DNA from: Mytilus trossulus
Lineage: Eukaryota
Length of the DNA: 64,000 nucleotides
NCBI RefSeq assembly: GCF_036588685.1
Contig: NC_086375.1
Location: forward strand, 56,916,001-56,980,000
Reading direction: 5' to 3'
Numbering within the stretch: position 1 is the first letter of the stretch; each line of letters begins with the position of its first letter. Below, piece by piece: positions 29,001 through 44,000 of this stretch. The notes below the pieces were generated by a model, which worked only from the letters and a program-made list of their open reading frames with translations, was not told the origin of the DNA and did no database searches. The position numbers and the translations under genes were made by a program.

Positions 29001-32000
29001 TGATATCATTTCTATTTTTGAAGGAATTTATATACTGTTTTCTGAATACATGATAGTTTTATAGTTCCATGTAAAATTTGAATTCTGTAAGATAAGGGAC
29101 AATTCAGTGAAAATTTTCAGCCATTTTTTACTTAAATAATTCAAATATATGTGAAATATGTTCACTTCTTTTGCTTGTAAAATAAGGACTATTGTTTTTC
29201 ACTCATTGCCCATTATTATATTTTTATAGCAAATTGAGTATTTTCTTCTGGCCACTCTCTTCTGTATTATTTGGAACACTTTTAAATAAAAATATATCAG
29301 CACTATATATCAAACCACCATCCTAATAGAATATATGTGTGCACAAATGGAATATCCTGCATTAATCATCCAATGAAAATAAAACCTTATGTTTTGTCTT
29401 ATCTCACGAGCAACATATTTTTACTTAAATATGCCACACCTGTTACAATATAATTGGTGTATAGACTCGTATTCTATGTCTGTGTTATCCATTTCAGTCA
29501 GCTTAATGTCTGGATTACATAGAACTTAGAATATAATCATGTATCTCTGTAAAGATCACAATAAGTGTTCTGCTTTGTATTACTGCAATTATCATTGCTT
29601 TAAATGGATTTATGAAATTTCAGAGTTAACTCAAATAAAAAAAAATGTTTAAAAAAGTTTCAAATTATGAATTGATAGAAAACAAATTCTCACTGCATTT
29701 TGAATTGAAATTTGTATCCTGTTCACCTTGTATATATTTCCTTTGCAGGCAGCAAGATCACCATGCTTTTCCCTTCCACCTCAATCCGACCCTACCAATC
29801 CTCACCTTCCTTCCAGATTTCAGGTATCAACAAAGTGACTACTTTTGTAGATCAGCCATTTGAAGACAGCGGGGATAAGAAATTTCACATCTCACAGAAA
29901 CCAAATATGGTTAGCAGGGCATTCTCTGTAGACAGCAAACCGACAGGTTTATTAGGGACTATTTTAGGACTAGGAAAGAAGAAGAAAAATGAGTTCATAC
30001 CATTTACTCAGTCTGAGTTTATTGATAGACTGAAGAAATGGGTGGTGATATCCGTTGACCTAATTGTTTTATCAAGTAAGTTGAAGTAATAAAGATTTTG
30101 CTATCACCATTTGGCTCTTTAAACAGTAACATTGTTTAATCATTCCTTTTTATGCCCCACCTACGATAGAGGAGGGGCATTATGTATTCTGGTCTGTGGG
30201 TCCCTTCGTCCGTTCGTCCGTTCGTTCGTTCGTCTGTCCAGTTTCAGGTTAAAGTTTTTGGCCGAGGTAGTTTTTGATGAAGTTGAAGTCCAATCAACCT
30301 GAAACTTGGAACATGTATATATGTTCCTTGTGATGTGATCTTTCTAATTGTAATATCAAATTAGAGTTCTGACCCCAATTTCATGGTCCACTGAACATAG
30401 AAAATGATAGTGTGAGTGGGGCATCTGTGTACTGGGGACACATTATTGTTTTAAATATTGTTGATTATAAATTTTTTCAAGGGTTTGAGTATTAAAATAT
30501 GCACATTTTATTAATCTGTACTGAAAAAAAAAGTGTATTTTATATTGAAACAGATCTTTTTAAAGTAACTGCTAAGTGGTAAAGAGTGATGGAAGATACC
30601 AAAGGGATAGTCAAACTTGTTAGAACAAAACATACTGACAATGCCATGGCTAAAAAAACAAAAGGACAAAACATTCATTTGTATATTCTTTCTTTACATT
30701 AAAAAGATAAAAACAAAAAAAGTACAGCAATAACTTTCAAAAATTGCAGAAAACATTTTCAGTTATGTTGAACATAATGAGTAATGAGTAAATAACATTT
30801 CTACTAATTGATTACAGAACTTGAAGAAATAAAAAAGACACCTGGCAAAAAGAAACTAAATTTACTGGAAAAATCTGAGCCTATCACCATAGAAACAAAA
30901 TATATTCGTCGATTATTTGAGTTTCTATACCGAGCATTGGAAGTAACATTGTCTCAGGTAAGATGGAGTGCATATGTATAAACACTTTGATACTGATTTA
31001 ACTCCTCAGCAATTGATCTGCTAGAGTTTTCAATTGGATAATGTAAATGAGGTTTTTTTTGGCACAGGTGAAAATGTTTTTTTTTATTTTGACAGGTGCA
31101 AATATACTCAAATTTGTTTGTGTGCATCATGGGATAAATGATATTGTATATTTTCCTTGCTCTGCAATTTGTTAAATTCATGATTATGAATTTAACAGAC
31201 CATAGTAAGAATTTCATTTGAAACAAATCTTGGAATAAAATCTCGATATGAAATTTGAATAATTTTCATTTGAAAATGAGGCATGTGCTACTTCATATTT
31301 TATGAATGACATTTTCTTAATGGTTTAAAATTTAAGCTACATTGCAAATCTGAATATGGTGTCATTGATGAGTTTCTTTACTTATATTTTATTCCTAAAT
31401 TTCAGGACAGGATATTACCAAGAAAAGAGAAGAATTTGATCATGTGGGGAGCTAAAGATATTGTACGAGTTCAGGTACATTTGTTTCTATGTTTTTATGG
31501 TTTTATAATAGTACAGTTGTATCAATCTGTGGACACATAGGTATCTTTGTTGTCACATTTGTTGCAGTTGACAAATCTTTGTAGCATTTAAAAGCTGTTT
31601 TTTGGTGTTAAAAATAAGGCTAATATATTAAGTTTTGGTAAGTTTTGTATCAGGTTAAGGTTGTGGGCTATCATTGGCGGATCCAGAGGGGTTCAAGGGG
31701 TTGGAACCCCCCTTTTTTTGCCAAATCAATGCATTTGAATGGGAGCACATAGTTTGAACCCCCCCCCTTTACTCTGGGTTGGGAACCCCCCCTTTTTCAA
31801 ATGGCTGGATCCGCCCCTGACTATGGTATTTATCCATGAATTTTGTAGTCAAATCAACTTAAAACTTAAAACTGATGTGCATTATGTAAAATGCTTTTAA
31901 TTCATGACTTGCAGGGTTCACTGAAAAATGGAAAATATGGTATTGTGGACACAGCGTTGTGTTCTATAAATTTTTGTATTTGAAAAAAAATGATTATCAA

Positions 32001-35000
32001 GTATAATTATTATAAAAACTAAAATGTTTATTGTTTTTATTTTTGATCATTTGAACTCTGATTGATAGTTGTTCATAGGCAATCATAGTAGATGCATGTA
32101 TTTTACATTTTACACTTTTATCATTGCATTCATCCAAACATTAACTTTACAGATTGGTCGATTGATGACGTTTATGTTATCACCAAGATGTCAGTTTGAC
32201 GACAGAACATTCTTGTTATCTTACATCCAAGGAGAACTTAGGGGCAGAGAAATACTCAGAACTGTGTTGTCAACAAACTCAGAAGTGGTGAGTACCAGTG
32301 GGCGATCTGAAGAATCTTATTGCCAATATAAAAGTCTTTACTCAGACATTTTAAAACTTATACAAGAAAATCCTTATCAGTTTTGAAACAGAACTAAAAG
32401 CTTTTATGGATTGAGTACTGGGTAATAGTTTGGACTGTTTACAATAGATTCAGAATTGGTGAAGTATGAGTAGAGAAATATTCAAGACAGTTTTAGAAAT
32501 AAACAATTCAAGAAAGAAGGATCAAAAGTATAATAATGACTCAGAAAGGAAATTCTCTTCTTCCATAATTATGAACAAAAGGAGTTTTGATAACGAAGAC
32601 GGAATAAGTTTTTCCCTATGTTTGTTCATTTTATTTCCATTAATGCATCTAATATGACCTTAGATTAGGATGGTTAAATCTTTATTTAAAAATGAAAAAT
32701 GGATCCTAATTATAAAATAGGGACATTTAAGTGACGTGTTTATTAGGCCACGGTTTTTTAATTTGTTGGTTTACGGATTTTCTCCATGAAAAAGTCGGGT
32801 CGGTCGGTCGGAAAAAAAAAAGAAAAAAAAGATCTTTCAAGACAGAAAACTGATATGCAAAATAAAAATATATTTCACCTTTCTAATATATGTTTGTCAT
32901 ACTATTTTTTCATCGTTCTTGAATTTTAGTTTGATAATTATTATTGCTCAGCTGTAAACATCGCATGACATTGTCTAATAATTTCCCGTAAAAAAAAAGG
33001 GGGGGGGGGGGGGGGGGGGTACACTGACAAAGACGAAATTAAATCGTCAAATCACAAACAAGAAAAACAGATTCACGTCAGTTATTTGACTTAGCTTTTA
33101 ATCAAAACTTGGTGAAAAATAATAAGCACGAAAACTGATAAAGAAAAAAAAAGTAAAAACGTCGTACGAAAATAAGTTTCAACACACGTGTCAAAAACGT
33201 AATAGACTCGTCCATTGGAAAAACGAGAATATCAGGTTAAATAATCTGTTGTCATGCATTCCCGTTTTTTATCCAAATGGACGATATTTTTTTTATTATC
33301 TATGAAACAAGAAAATATCAAATGATTTGTTAAAATTCAGTATTTTAACTTGATGTCTTGAACTTCCACCTGTCCACATTTGGACAAGTCTATTTATATG
33401 AGAACATGCATCTTACGGACTGGTGACAAATAAGGGAAACGAACTTATTGTGTTATTGGTTTTAAACACAGGTTTCGTTCCGCAAAATTATTTGCGCAAA
33501 CAACATTTCAAGGTCATTAATAATTGATTTGTCTATTTTTAGAAACGTAAACTGAAAGTTTCATTTTTCACAACAGAAAGTGTCATCACTTCTGTTAGTG
33601 ATTAATGCATTTTATTTCATAAAAAAGGATATTTTAATTTTTTTTCAGGGATAATGCATTTCTTAGGGTCGGCGAGAATAAAAAAAAGCCTGAAAATTCG
33701 ATTTTATTTTTATTTTGGAAATCGGCAAAATCGGGTCGGCGGATCCGGATCGTAAACCAACAAATTAAAAAATCCTGGCCTTAAATGGCAAATCTTGACA
33801 ATGTAATATATTTTTAAGATTGACTTAGAAACCTAGAAAAATAATAACATAGTTTATCAAAAAAAGACAATTAATATGATTACAAAAAATTATAATATCT
33901 GTAATTTATTTTTAAAGGGAACAGAAATGGGTTTCCATATCTATGACTTGTGCACATCATGGAAAGATTGGTTAATCAGTCAACAAAGGGATTACGCTCT
34001 TCAGTTTCTCAATATACTCAAATCAGAGAAATTTACAGTATTCTCACCGAGTGCTGCACTTACAGAAACCCAGATTGTACAACTTAATGATGTGAGTACA
34101 TTTGTGGTGAATGTAAAACTCATGTAAGATTTGACCTTTGTCACTACCAATTTGAGACTATTTTATATTTTAATGGAAAATATCATTTTCCAACTCAAAT
34201 AGAGATGTACATTTTAGGATTTTTAATCAGAAAAAAAGATACCAGACCTTGGTGTGTTTATTTTTTTCTTTTTATACAGCAATTATCTTTTGAATCTTTT
34301 AAACAGTTGGTAAAATCATTTTATTATTTAAAATGGAAAGAAAAATGAGTCGGTGTTCTTTTTTTCAATGTGTATTTTCATATTCATGATTCAAATATTG
34401 TATCTTATATAGTATAAGAGATATAACAATGATATAAACTATTTTGTAGGAGAGACGTTTAATGGCATCAAAATTGGAACTAGGAAGAGAAAACTTAAGA
34501 AAGAAGAAGAAACCAATATATGATAGGTATTTTTTTATTTTTCAGTTTTGAGAATACTACTAAAATAAAAAGGTTAAATTGTTATTTTCAATAAGGCCAA
34601 CAATTAAATAGTAGAAAGTAGTAAAGCAAGTCTATTAGACTTTCTGAAAGTCATTCAAAAATTTCAATGTGGAAAAACTCCATAACATGCCAGTAAAACA
34701 TGATATTTTTAAGGACAGAAAGCTGATACTTCTGGTCAAAAAATTATGTTTATGTCATTTCCCTACATTCACCATAGTGAATATGTGCCTTATAATGTCA
34801 TGGAACAGAAATTCTGATAATGAAAGTAACAATATTCTCCACAAGAAAAAATATTACAGAATACAGGGTAAAATATATTTGTTCCAAAAAGAACCTATAT
34901 TATCACATTGTTATAATAATTTTCCCAGGGATTTTCTATTAAGCGGAGAAAAATATACATAAAGATTACAACATTAAAATGTGAGAATTTTTTTTTCTAA

Positions 35001-38000
35001 TATTGATGTTTATATGCAGATTAAAAACAAAAAATGAAAAGTTATATCAAGAATTGTCAAAGCAAGCCATGGATGTCACACAGAATGTTACTCAGTTACA
35101 AACTCATGAAAGAAACAAAATGATTGAGCATGTCAAGAAAAAGATGACAGAAAAAATACAGATAAAGAAAATGTGGCAGGAACTTGTACAGAATCTCACA
35201 CATGAAAGGTAGCTAGAATTATGATATATATTAAGAACAAATCTGATAATTAACCATTTCTTGTACAAATGTTACATATACTGATGTAATGTTCAAGTGT
35301 ATGAATCCTCCCTGTATAATCTGAACATTTTAAAACTAATCTGAGAAGCATGAAACACAGGTTGCAGTAAGGAATCATGTTTCAACAAAATGCATATTAA
35401 TTTTTTTTTAAATTTTCACAGAATGTTTTAAGATTTATATCCTCTCAACTATGTTCTACTTTTTGACACATGATATGCATAATATTATTAAAAGTTAATA
35501 TCAAACATAATTTTGTGTGTTTTGTGTTCAAATGTTTAAAGAAAGTCAATTAAGAATGTGAACTTTACTTAAAAATTTGTAAATTATTTTTTACCAGGGC
35601 AGTATGGCATTGCCAAAAGTCTTATCCAAAATCATGGCAGTTAGATCCAACAGAGGGTCCTGGTCGTGTTAGAAAGAGATTGAAGAGATGTCATCTGGGA
35701 CTGAACCCAAGATTTCTACTGACACAACAGAGAGAGAAATTAGGTATTAAAACAACTCATTTTATCTGTAAGATTCTAATTTATTTTATGACTGTAGAGT
35801 AATTTATTTTGTTAGTTGTTGAAGCATTGGGATTGTTCTCCCTTTCAAAGATTTAATCAAATTTGGTCTTTTTCAGAAGATAGTATCAAAACTGGTAATG
35901 TCTATAAAAATTTAAGGCTAATTCTAAGAAGCTTTTGTTAAAACATTTCTTTTGCTAATTTCTTTAAGGCTTTGCCATTAATAGCGATCTTAGATACACG
36001 CTTTATTCATTCTGATTTTTCTTATGTCTGCTCAGTTTGTTAGGAAAGTGTACTAGGGCTACACATTTTGCTCTACTACTGCATAGTGATGGCCAGGTTC
36101 TATTGGTAGAGTACATGTAAGCTGGAGTACCTCACAATTTTGTTAATTATGATGGGGGTTGAGCTTGCCTCACATGAGAGGGTTTGAACTAATAACCTCA
36201 GTGTTGACAGGAAAGTAGTGATAGTGACAATTCATCAGAACAAATGGTTACAGTTTATGATTGAGCCTAAACAAGAATTAGGTTTATTCCTCATATAATC
36301 AATGATGATCTTCATGCTTTTATTCAGACTATTTATGCAGACTTATATTAACTATACTAGCTTGCTTAAACTCATTTGTGTTCCAAATAATTGCTTATGG
36401 TAATTAATCTGATCCTATGTAAAAAAAAATCTCATAAATCAAATTTGATTTAATGAATGATAATTATTAAAAGAAATCACCTTAATTTTAACACTTTTTG
36501 TAGAAGAAAAAAAATGTAATTTATTTCAATAGACTGTGCATAATAAACTTTCAAGGTACAATGTTGAAAACATTAAGGAACATTCTCAATGTAAGTTTAT
36601 TGTCTACAATTTCTACCACTTTCTACAACCTTTAATATTATTGGTTATTGTTTTACAGAAGCTGAGAATATTGACCCACCATTGATTTATTTGTTTGAAG
36701 ATGACCATCAAATGTCAGACTCAGCAGCACTTATATATCAGCTCTATAGGAATGAAAAAATACAGTAAGTGTTTAGCAATACTAAAATGTTCAAAATTCA
36801 GGTAACGTAAGGGTACCCAAATTGCACCGTGTACCCAAATTGCACCTATTTAGAAAAAAATAGCCACGGAAATCTTACAAGATTTCCTAGAGACTTAAAA
36901 ATTTGTATTTTTATGATTTGATACTATGCACGTCTTTCAACATAGGTAAACATATTTAGATATACACAAAACGTTCACAGTATTTATCAACAGGTGGACT
37001 GTTTACTGAAAAAAACAAAATGTACGAAAACGTCAGCATGCGACGTCATCAAAACGTCATCTTTTTAAAATTAGCAAATACAATATATTATAAGTATTTA
37101 TTTCGTAAAATATGAAGAGTAAGCATAGACTAATATCCAATTGTTCAAAATATTTGAAGAAATTAAGCAAAAGCTCGGTTATTAGACTTTTGACGATGTG
37201 AATTAAAGCATGGATGCAATTTGGGTACTCCTCATTACAGAATCATGGACAGTTTGTATGTTGATTCAAACCCATTTTTTTATGACTCAAAATGGGATTA
37301 AAAATTAAATTGGTGTACCTATACAATAAAGAAGGATAGGGCTACAAAATAGACACATTAATGACATTTATTTCTTGATCATACAAAAACGAAGGTGAAA
37401 AAACTGTCAAAATAGGTGCAATTTGGGTACCGTCACGTTAAGTTAAATAGTGAAAAATTTCTTTATTTTTTTCAAATTTATTCACAGAGGATCTGAGAAA
37501 AAATTAAAATGCATACATTGTGCAAGTTTAAAGATATCTTGTAATTTTATTGAAAGTACCAGTATATAAATAAAATTTACATATCTAGCAAAGATATATT
37601 TGTATTTGTATACTTGATGACAAGCAGAGTTTTTGATGTTGATTATTCTGAAGTTTGGGAGCTGAAAACTAATTTTTATGCCCCACCTACGATAGTAGAG
37701 GGTCATTATGTTTTTTCTGGTCTGTGGCTCTGTTCATCCATTCGTTCTTCCGTTTGTCCCACGTGAGGTTTAAGTTTTTGGTCAAGGTAGTTTTTGATGA
37801 ACCTGAAGTCCAATCAACTTGAAACTTAGTACACATGTTTCCTATAGTATAATCTTTCTAATTTCAAGGTCAAATTAGATTTTTACCTGATTTCATGGTC
37901 CATTGAACATGCCAAATGATAGTGCGAGTGGGGCATCCATGTACTTTGGACACATTCTTGTTAATCCTCAAATAAAAGGTCTGATAACTGTCTTTTACTT

Positions 38001-41000
38001 CAAATTATGAGTTGCTGTTGAATTGCTCACCAGATTATTGTGAAATTACTAACCTTGTGAATAAATGTCTATGTTTGTAATAATGGTTCACTCAAGCATA
38101 AAAATGTCATTGTTTGTATTTTGATAAAGAGGTTCTATGTTCCACGTCATTGCAACTAAATATATAGTGTATTAATTATATTCAAAGAAACTTGATTCCA
38201 TTATGGGAACAGCTTTATTTAAAAACAGAGTGGATATTTAAGCTTGATGTAGGCATGTTGACACTTATTGATAAATGTGTTGTGTTGAAATATGCTATCT
38301 AAAATTAATAACTACATTTTCATGGGAATTTTTTTTTTTACACAAAATATGATTACTTATGGTAAATGTAAAGATGATATAGTTGAAAGCAAGAATATAC
38401 TTGTTTAATTTCAGACACACTTGTAAATGTACTGCAGTTGCCCCTAACAGCCAAAGTAAAGGAGAATTACTTGTAGGTAAGGTACCTTACAGTATGTGGT
38501 TGTATCCAAAACAATATATTATGATGTGGCATTAAACAATGTTCATTCAATTGAAATGTCTTTATTTTGAGTTGCATTTTTAAAAGTAACAGTTAATCAA
38601 AGCCACTTGTATTGTAATTCACTGAACATGGATATTTGATAAGTGTTAGTGGGCATGGTGTCCTATTGAAACATATATTATTGTTTTTTTTAAGTTTTTA
38701 TCTAAACTAATTTAAATCCTTGCTTGACATTACTATTTTGTGATCTTATCGTAAATTGATCTCTTTATTAGGTGAGAACTCCGTGTTTTTTGTTGCTGAT
38801 GAAGCCATCACTGATGCAAACTACACACAAGTGTTGCTAGGCAACAAAGACCAGTTATCCATGACCTGGCCTTATGATGAAATCAGAGAGATTCATAAAA
38901 GATGGTACCAGTTGAGGGACAGTGCACTTGAAATATTTCATACCAATGGGAAAACTTGTTTACTTGCATGTGAACACAAACAGGTACATTATAAAATCAG
39001 AAGAGATCTTTTTGACCATGGAAAAAATAGTAGATAAATTTTCTAAATGATACCTTTCGGGAAAATTAGATTCTATGCAGATTTTAAAATCCTGATCTTC
39101 AGAGTTTTAAAAAAACAAGTTAGAATGAATAAAAGGCAGATACATGCAGCATAAGGCTTTCCCCTTTACAAACCACAGATCTTAAATCATTTCTAGGCTC
39201 ATAATATTTCATTACACAAATGTCTTTACACAGTAAAATATCAAACTTAATCAAATAACTTTCTCTGTATCAATTATCTTGTTGTACAAGAAGTGATTGT
39301 TTTATTTTGTGTGGTATTATTGAATAAAATTTGCATATTAAATTGAAATACAAGGGGAAAAAAGAATTTTAATGAATGAAAAAAATTGTGATTTTTTGTT
39401 TTGTTTTAGGAGAGAGATGATCTCTATGAGAGGTTTATGAAGTTTGAGTTATCTAACTATGTACAGACAGAAAACATTGAGGATATAACAAGAATGTGGA
39501 AGGACAGTCTGATGACAAACTATGATTATCTTACACACCTAAACAAATTAGCTGGAAGATCATTTAATGATTTAATGCAGTACCCTGTATTTCCTTTCAT
39601 TCTCAAAGATTATGTTAGCGAAAAACTTAATTTACTTAAAGGCGACTGTTATAGGTAAGGAGATTGAAGTCAAATGGTAAAATTGTGAAGATTTCAGTAA
39701 TTTAGCATGACTTAATTATGCTATCATATGATATATGTGCATTGTATTGTCAAAAAAGCCCATATTTATGTAACAGAAGTATTCTACTTTTTAACAATTA
39801 GCTATAAAGTTACGTTTTAACAATTTTGTAAAACTGCTATATTTTTGGGGCCAAAAAGGGGTCTTACTGGACCTACTCCTTTGAAAATCAGAAATAATCA
39901 AAAACATGAAAACTACATATAATCGGTTTTCAGTAACTTGCTTTATATTACAGAGATTTTTCTAAGCCAATATCTGTACAAGATGAAAGCAAGGAGAGGA
40001 AATATAAAGATAACTATGAGGTATTTTTTTCTTTTTAGATATGTTTAAATGTGTACATGAAATCTTACCTCCCTATCATAGTTACTTACGTTAAAAGTAC
40101 AAAGTATTAAAACATTTACCCTTTTGCAGAGAATATTCAGTTTTCCACTACTAGTATAGGCAAAAGACTTTCAATAACTGTAGGGAAATTATTTGTGTTT
40201 AAGGTGAAACCTGTTTTTCTGAATGTTGTTGTATATTTGAGCTTGCATTCCAGATGTTTTAGGAACTTTTGATGGCATATTCTGAACAAGCTAAGATGTG
40301 AAATTTGTCATCATTATTGTCTGACATGCAAACAAACTATAATTATGAAGTTGATATAAAGGATAACCAAGAATTGAGAGTACTTTTTTATCACCTAAAG
40401 AGATGAGATATGTACTGAGTGAAGAAACTTTTAGTATTTTATTCCTTTTATATTTTGTTTTAAAACAGGCATTAAAGGCAGAGTTTGAGAGATATGATGA
40501 TCAGTCTACTATCGGAGTTGGACCATACCATTATGGCAGCCATTATTCCAACAGTGGGATTGTATTACACTTTCTTGTTAGACTACCTCCATACACCAAA
40601 ATGTTTGTCAGTTATCAAGGTATGTAACAGTACTCGAATGTTAATGTATTTTTATTGCACATTTTTATGCCCCCACTGTAGGGTAGGGGCACATTATGTT
40701 TTACCCTTATAAAAATAAAGAGATGTGGTATGATTGCCAATGAGACAACTATCCACCAAAGTTCAAATAAAAATTGTTGTCTATTCTCTAATAACTTACC
40801 AAATGTTATGAAAGTAATACACAACTTATTGCCACAAAACACAAATCAAGTTTGAGTTTGAGTGGCGTCACTTTTACCTTTCTAGAGTTATGACCTTTAC
40901 AAATGCAAAAATTTCTGAATTGTTCTTTCTCATTCTTTATTTTAAGTTTCTCTCAACCAAATGTTATGAAATTTATACACATTGCTTATTACAAAAACAC

Positions 41001-44000
41001 TCAAGTCATGAAGGAACTTAGTAGCATCACTTTTATGGTTCTTGAATTATGTCCCTTTATAAAGTTATATGCAAGTGGGGGCATCATATGTGTCCCATGA
41101 ACACATTCTCTATTTATTTTTTACAGCTTTTCCAGAAGTCTTCCTAAAGTTTTTACTACAATTATTCTGTTCAAACTATACTATGCTTTTTAATAACAGG
41201 AAGAACCCAATATTCTAGTATGAAAATATTCCCACAGATTGTCAACAAAAATAATATTTTATAAGAAAAAAAAGTTTTCTCACATGAATTTTAAGCTTAA
41301 ACAGTTAATAAGTTCAGAGAGGGTAGTTCTATCTTACAAATGAATCATTGTATTACACAGTTTTAGTATTATTCATTCATTTGTTTCAGTACAAAAGTTA
41401 AAAAAAAGAATTATGCTTCTATCTATGTATCACAGGCTTTTAATTATACTAATTTTATGGTTTTTGTTTTCAAGACAATAACTTTGATATACCAGATAGA
41501 ACATTTCACAACATGGAGACCTGTTGGAGATTAGCTAGCTCTCAGTCAACAACAGACTTTAAAGAAATGATCCCTGAATTCTTCTTTTTCCCAGAGTTTC
41601 TCAGGAATTTTGAAGGCATGTTATTTATTTATTACATACTTGATGAATTCTATTCAGTTATTAAAATATGCTATTGATGGTATTTTCAAGAATGAAGAAA
41701 ATAAATGAATTACCGTAGTGAAAATTTTGAAGTTTTGTTTTGATTGCATCTATTTCATTTTGTAATTTTAAAGATTTAATGGGAACTGAATTTAGTTCAA
41801 AGTTGAAAACATATAGACATTCCTATCTAAACAAAATAGAATTGTTAAAACAGTTTAAATCCAAATTCAATAAGCTGGCAAAGTTAAGAATTTGAGAAAC
41901 TTTAACATAATAGATTTCTTTTTTTAAAGGTTTTGACTTTGGTAAGAGACAGAACAATGAAGAGGTATCAGATGTTACTTTACCGGCCTGGTGTAAAGAT
42001 AATCCACGATTGTTTATAATGATTTTACGTCAGGCCTTGGAATCAGATTACGTCAGACAAAACCTCCATAACTGGATAGATCTAGTGTTTGGTTATAAAC
42101 AGCAAGGAGAGGCAGCAATAAAGGCTGTTAATGTATTTCATCCAGCTGTAAGTAGCCATTGTTATAGTGATTATAAAGTATAAGTTTTGTTTTCTTAAAC
42201 TATGAAAGTTGAGGAACAAAATGCAATTTCTTTTTTTTATGCATGTATGGTTTGTTGAATCAGTTGAAAGCAAATATGACATAAGGTTTATGCATGCTGT
42301 TGCTTTCATGCTAACATAACAGTTGCATTTGAGTTTATTGAAAATCAGAATAAAAATCTACTTCTTGAGCCCTACTACTCTTAGTTGAAACCATATACTG
42401 GAAGGATTCTTTTAAAGTGTTAACTGAGTGCTGCAGTTTAAATTTTATTTTACCAGCCAGGCTGATAAATAGCAAGGGACAATTGTTTTTTTTTTATTTC
42501 TATGAAAACTATACAGAAATAACTTCTTTCAAAAGGATTTCATGACTCAACCCTCCTACCAGATAATTAAGGTTATATCAAGCACATTTACTGTAATTTC
42601 AGACATACTTTGGTATCAATGTGGATGGTGTCCAAGATAGACTGAAGAGACAGGCCCTGAAGACCATGGTCAATACATATGGTCAGACCCCTAAACAACT
42701 GTTCCGACATCCACATCCACCAGGAAGTATTGTTAGAGAGAGTATGTCGAAAGTAATCTCCCAGTTAGTACAGCAGTCGTATAGTGTCAGTGTTGAGAAA
42801 GATTTTGATCATGGCTTTGTCTATGTAGTAAGTAGCAATGCAACAACAATGAACTTTATCATTTATGACTAGTCAGTGAAATATGTATAGCTTATACAAA
42901 CACGATTAGTTGGTATTTTGATAAGATATATAATGTTGCTACCAATAAGACTTGTCTTTACTATCATATCAAAAATAGATTTAAGGGAGAATAAGTGGTT
43001 TCAGTAGAACTTATGGAAATAGTTTATGTTTGATTTAAGCATGATGACAAAAATTTACCTTGCTACTCACTAAATGTTGTAGGTATATACTGCTTATAGT
43101 ACACATATTGTGCATATATGAACAATTACACCGCAATAAACATTTTTGTGATATTTAACATGCTATTCCTTTTAGATTTTTAATGAATTTTTATTATAAA
43201 AGAAAATTCAATACCTCTATATACAATATGTTGTCTTTTTTAAATTCAAAGTGGATATTTAATTCATTGTTATACATTTTATTTAGCCTAGTCCATTAGA
43301 CACAGTAGAAGGTTTGAAGTGGGGTAATTACATTGGCTCTCCAGCAAATCCACCTCCAAAAGTAGTATGGCAGGAAAAGTATTCACAAGTAGTTGCCTCC
43401 CTTTTACCACTTCCTACTGGTGATGTCATCGGTGTAGGTGTTGATACCTGTTGTCTTACAATGCACAGCAAACAGAAAGGTATTTTAAAACATGTATTTG
43501 CCATTACAAACTTACAAGCACTAATTATATTTTGATTGTATTAAATTTAAATGGAATACTAATGGATAGAAATTATTTATTAGTGTTGACGAGCATGCTT
43601 CAAAATGAACTGATGCATAGAGAGAGCATAACTCCAATGACTACTTTGAGCAGGAATTTTTATTTTGTAATTGCTTTGATACCATGAAATGCAGGTTAAC
43701 AGTCAGGAAACCATTACTCCTTTTATTTAAAAAAAAAAATGTTTTAATTGTCAAAGCAATCAGATTACAGTTAGTTATTTCAAATTTTAGGGTCCAGCTT
43801 GTACAACACAACAGATGTAGTATGGGCAGCCATTGTCACATGGAAGTTTCCAGATGGTATTATTAGAATAAACAACAAACCAGAGCAACCATACCTTAAT
43901 CTCATACAACACAGTCCTTATGATCAGGTAGGAGCCATTTATAAATAGTTGAAATGTTAATTTATGATATTTATGTAGATTTATATGTTATATAATCTTT

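Noticed and set aside
32990-33019. Poly-G run as a functional G-quadruplex
   Set aside because: Homopolymer inside a MITE; length is unreliable and nothing supports function.
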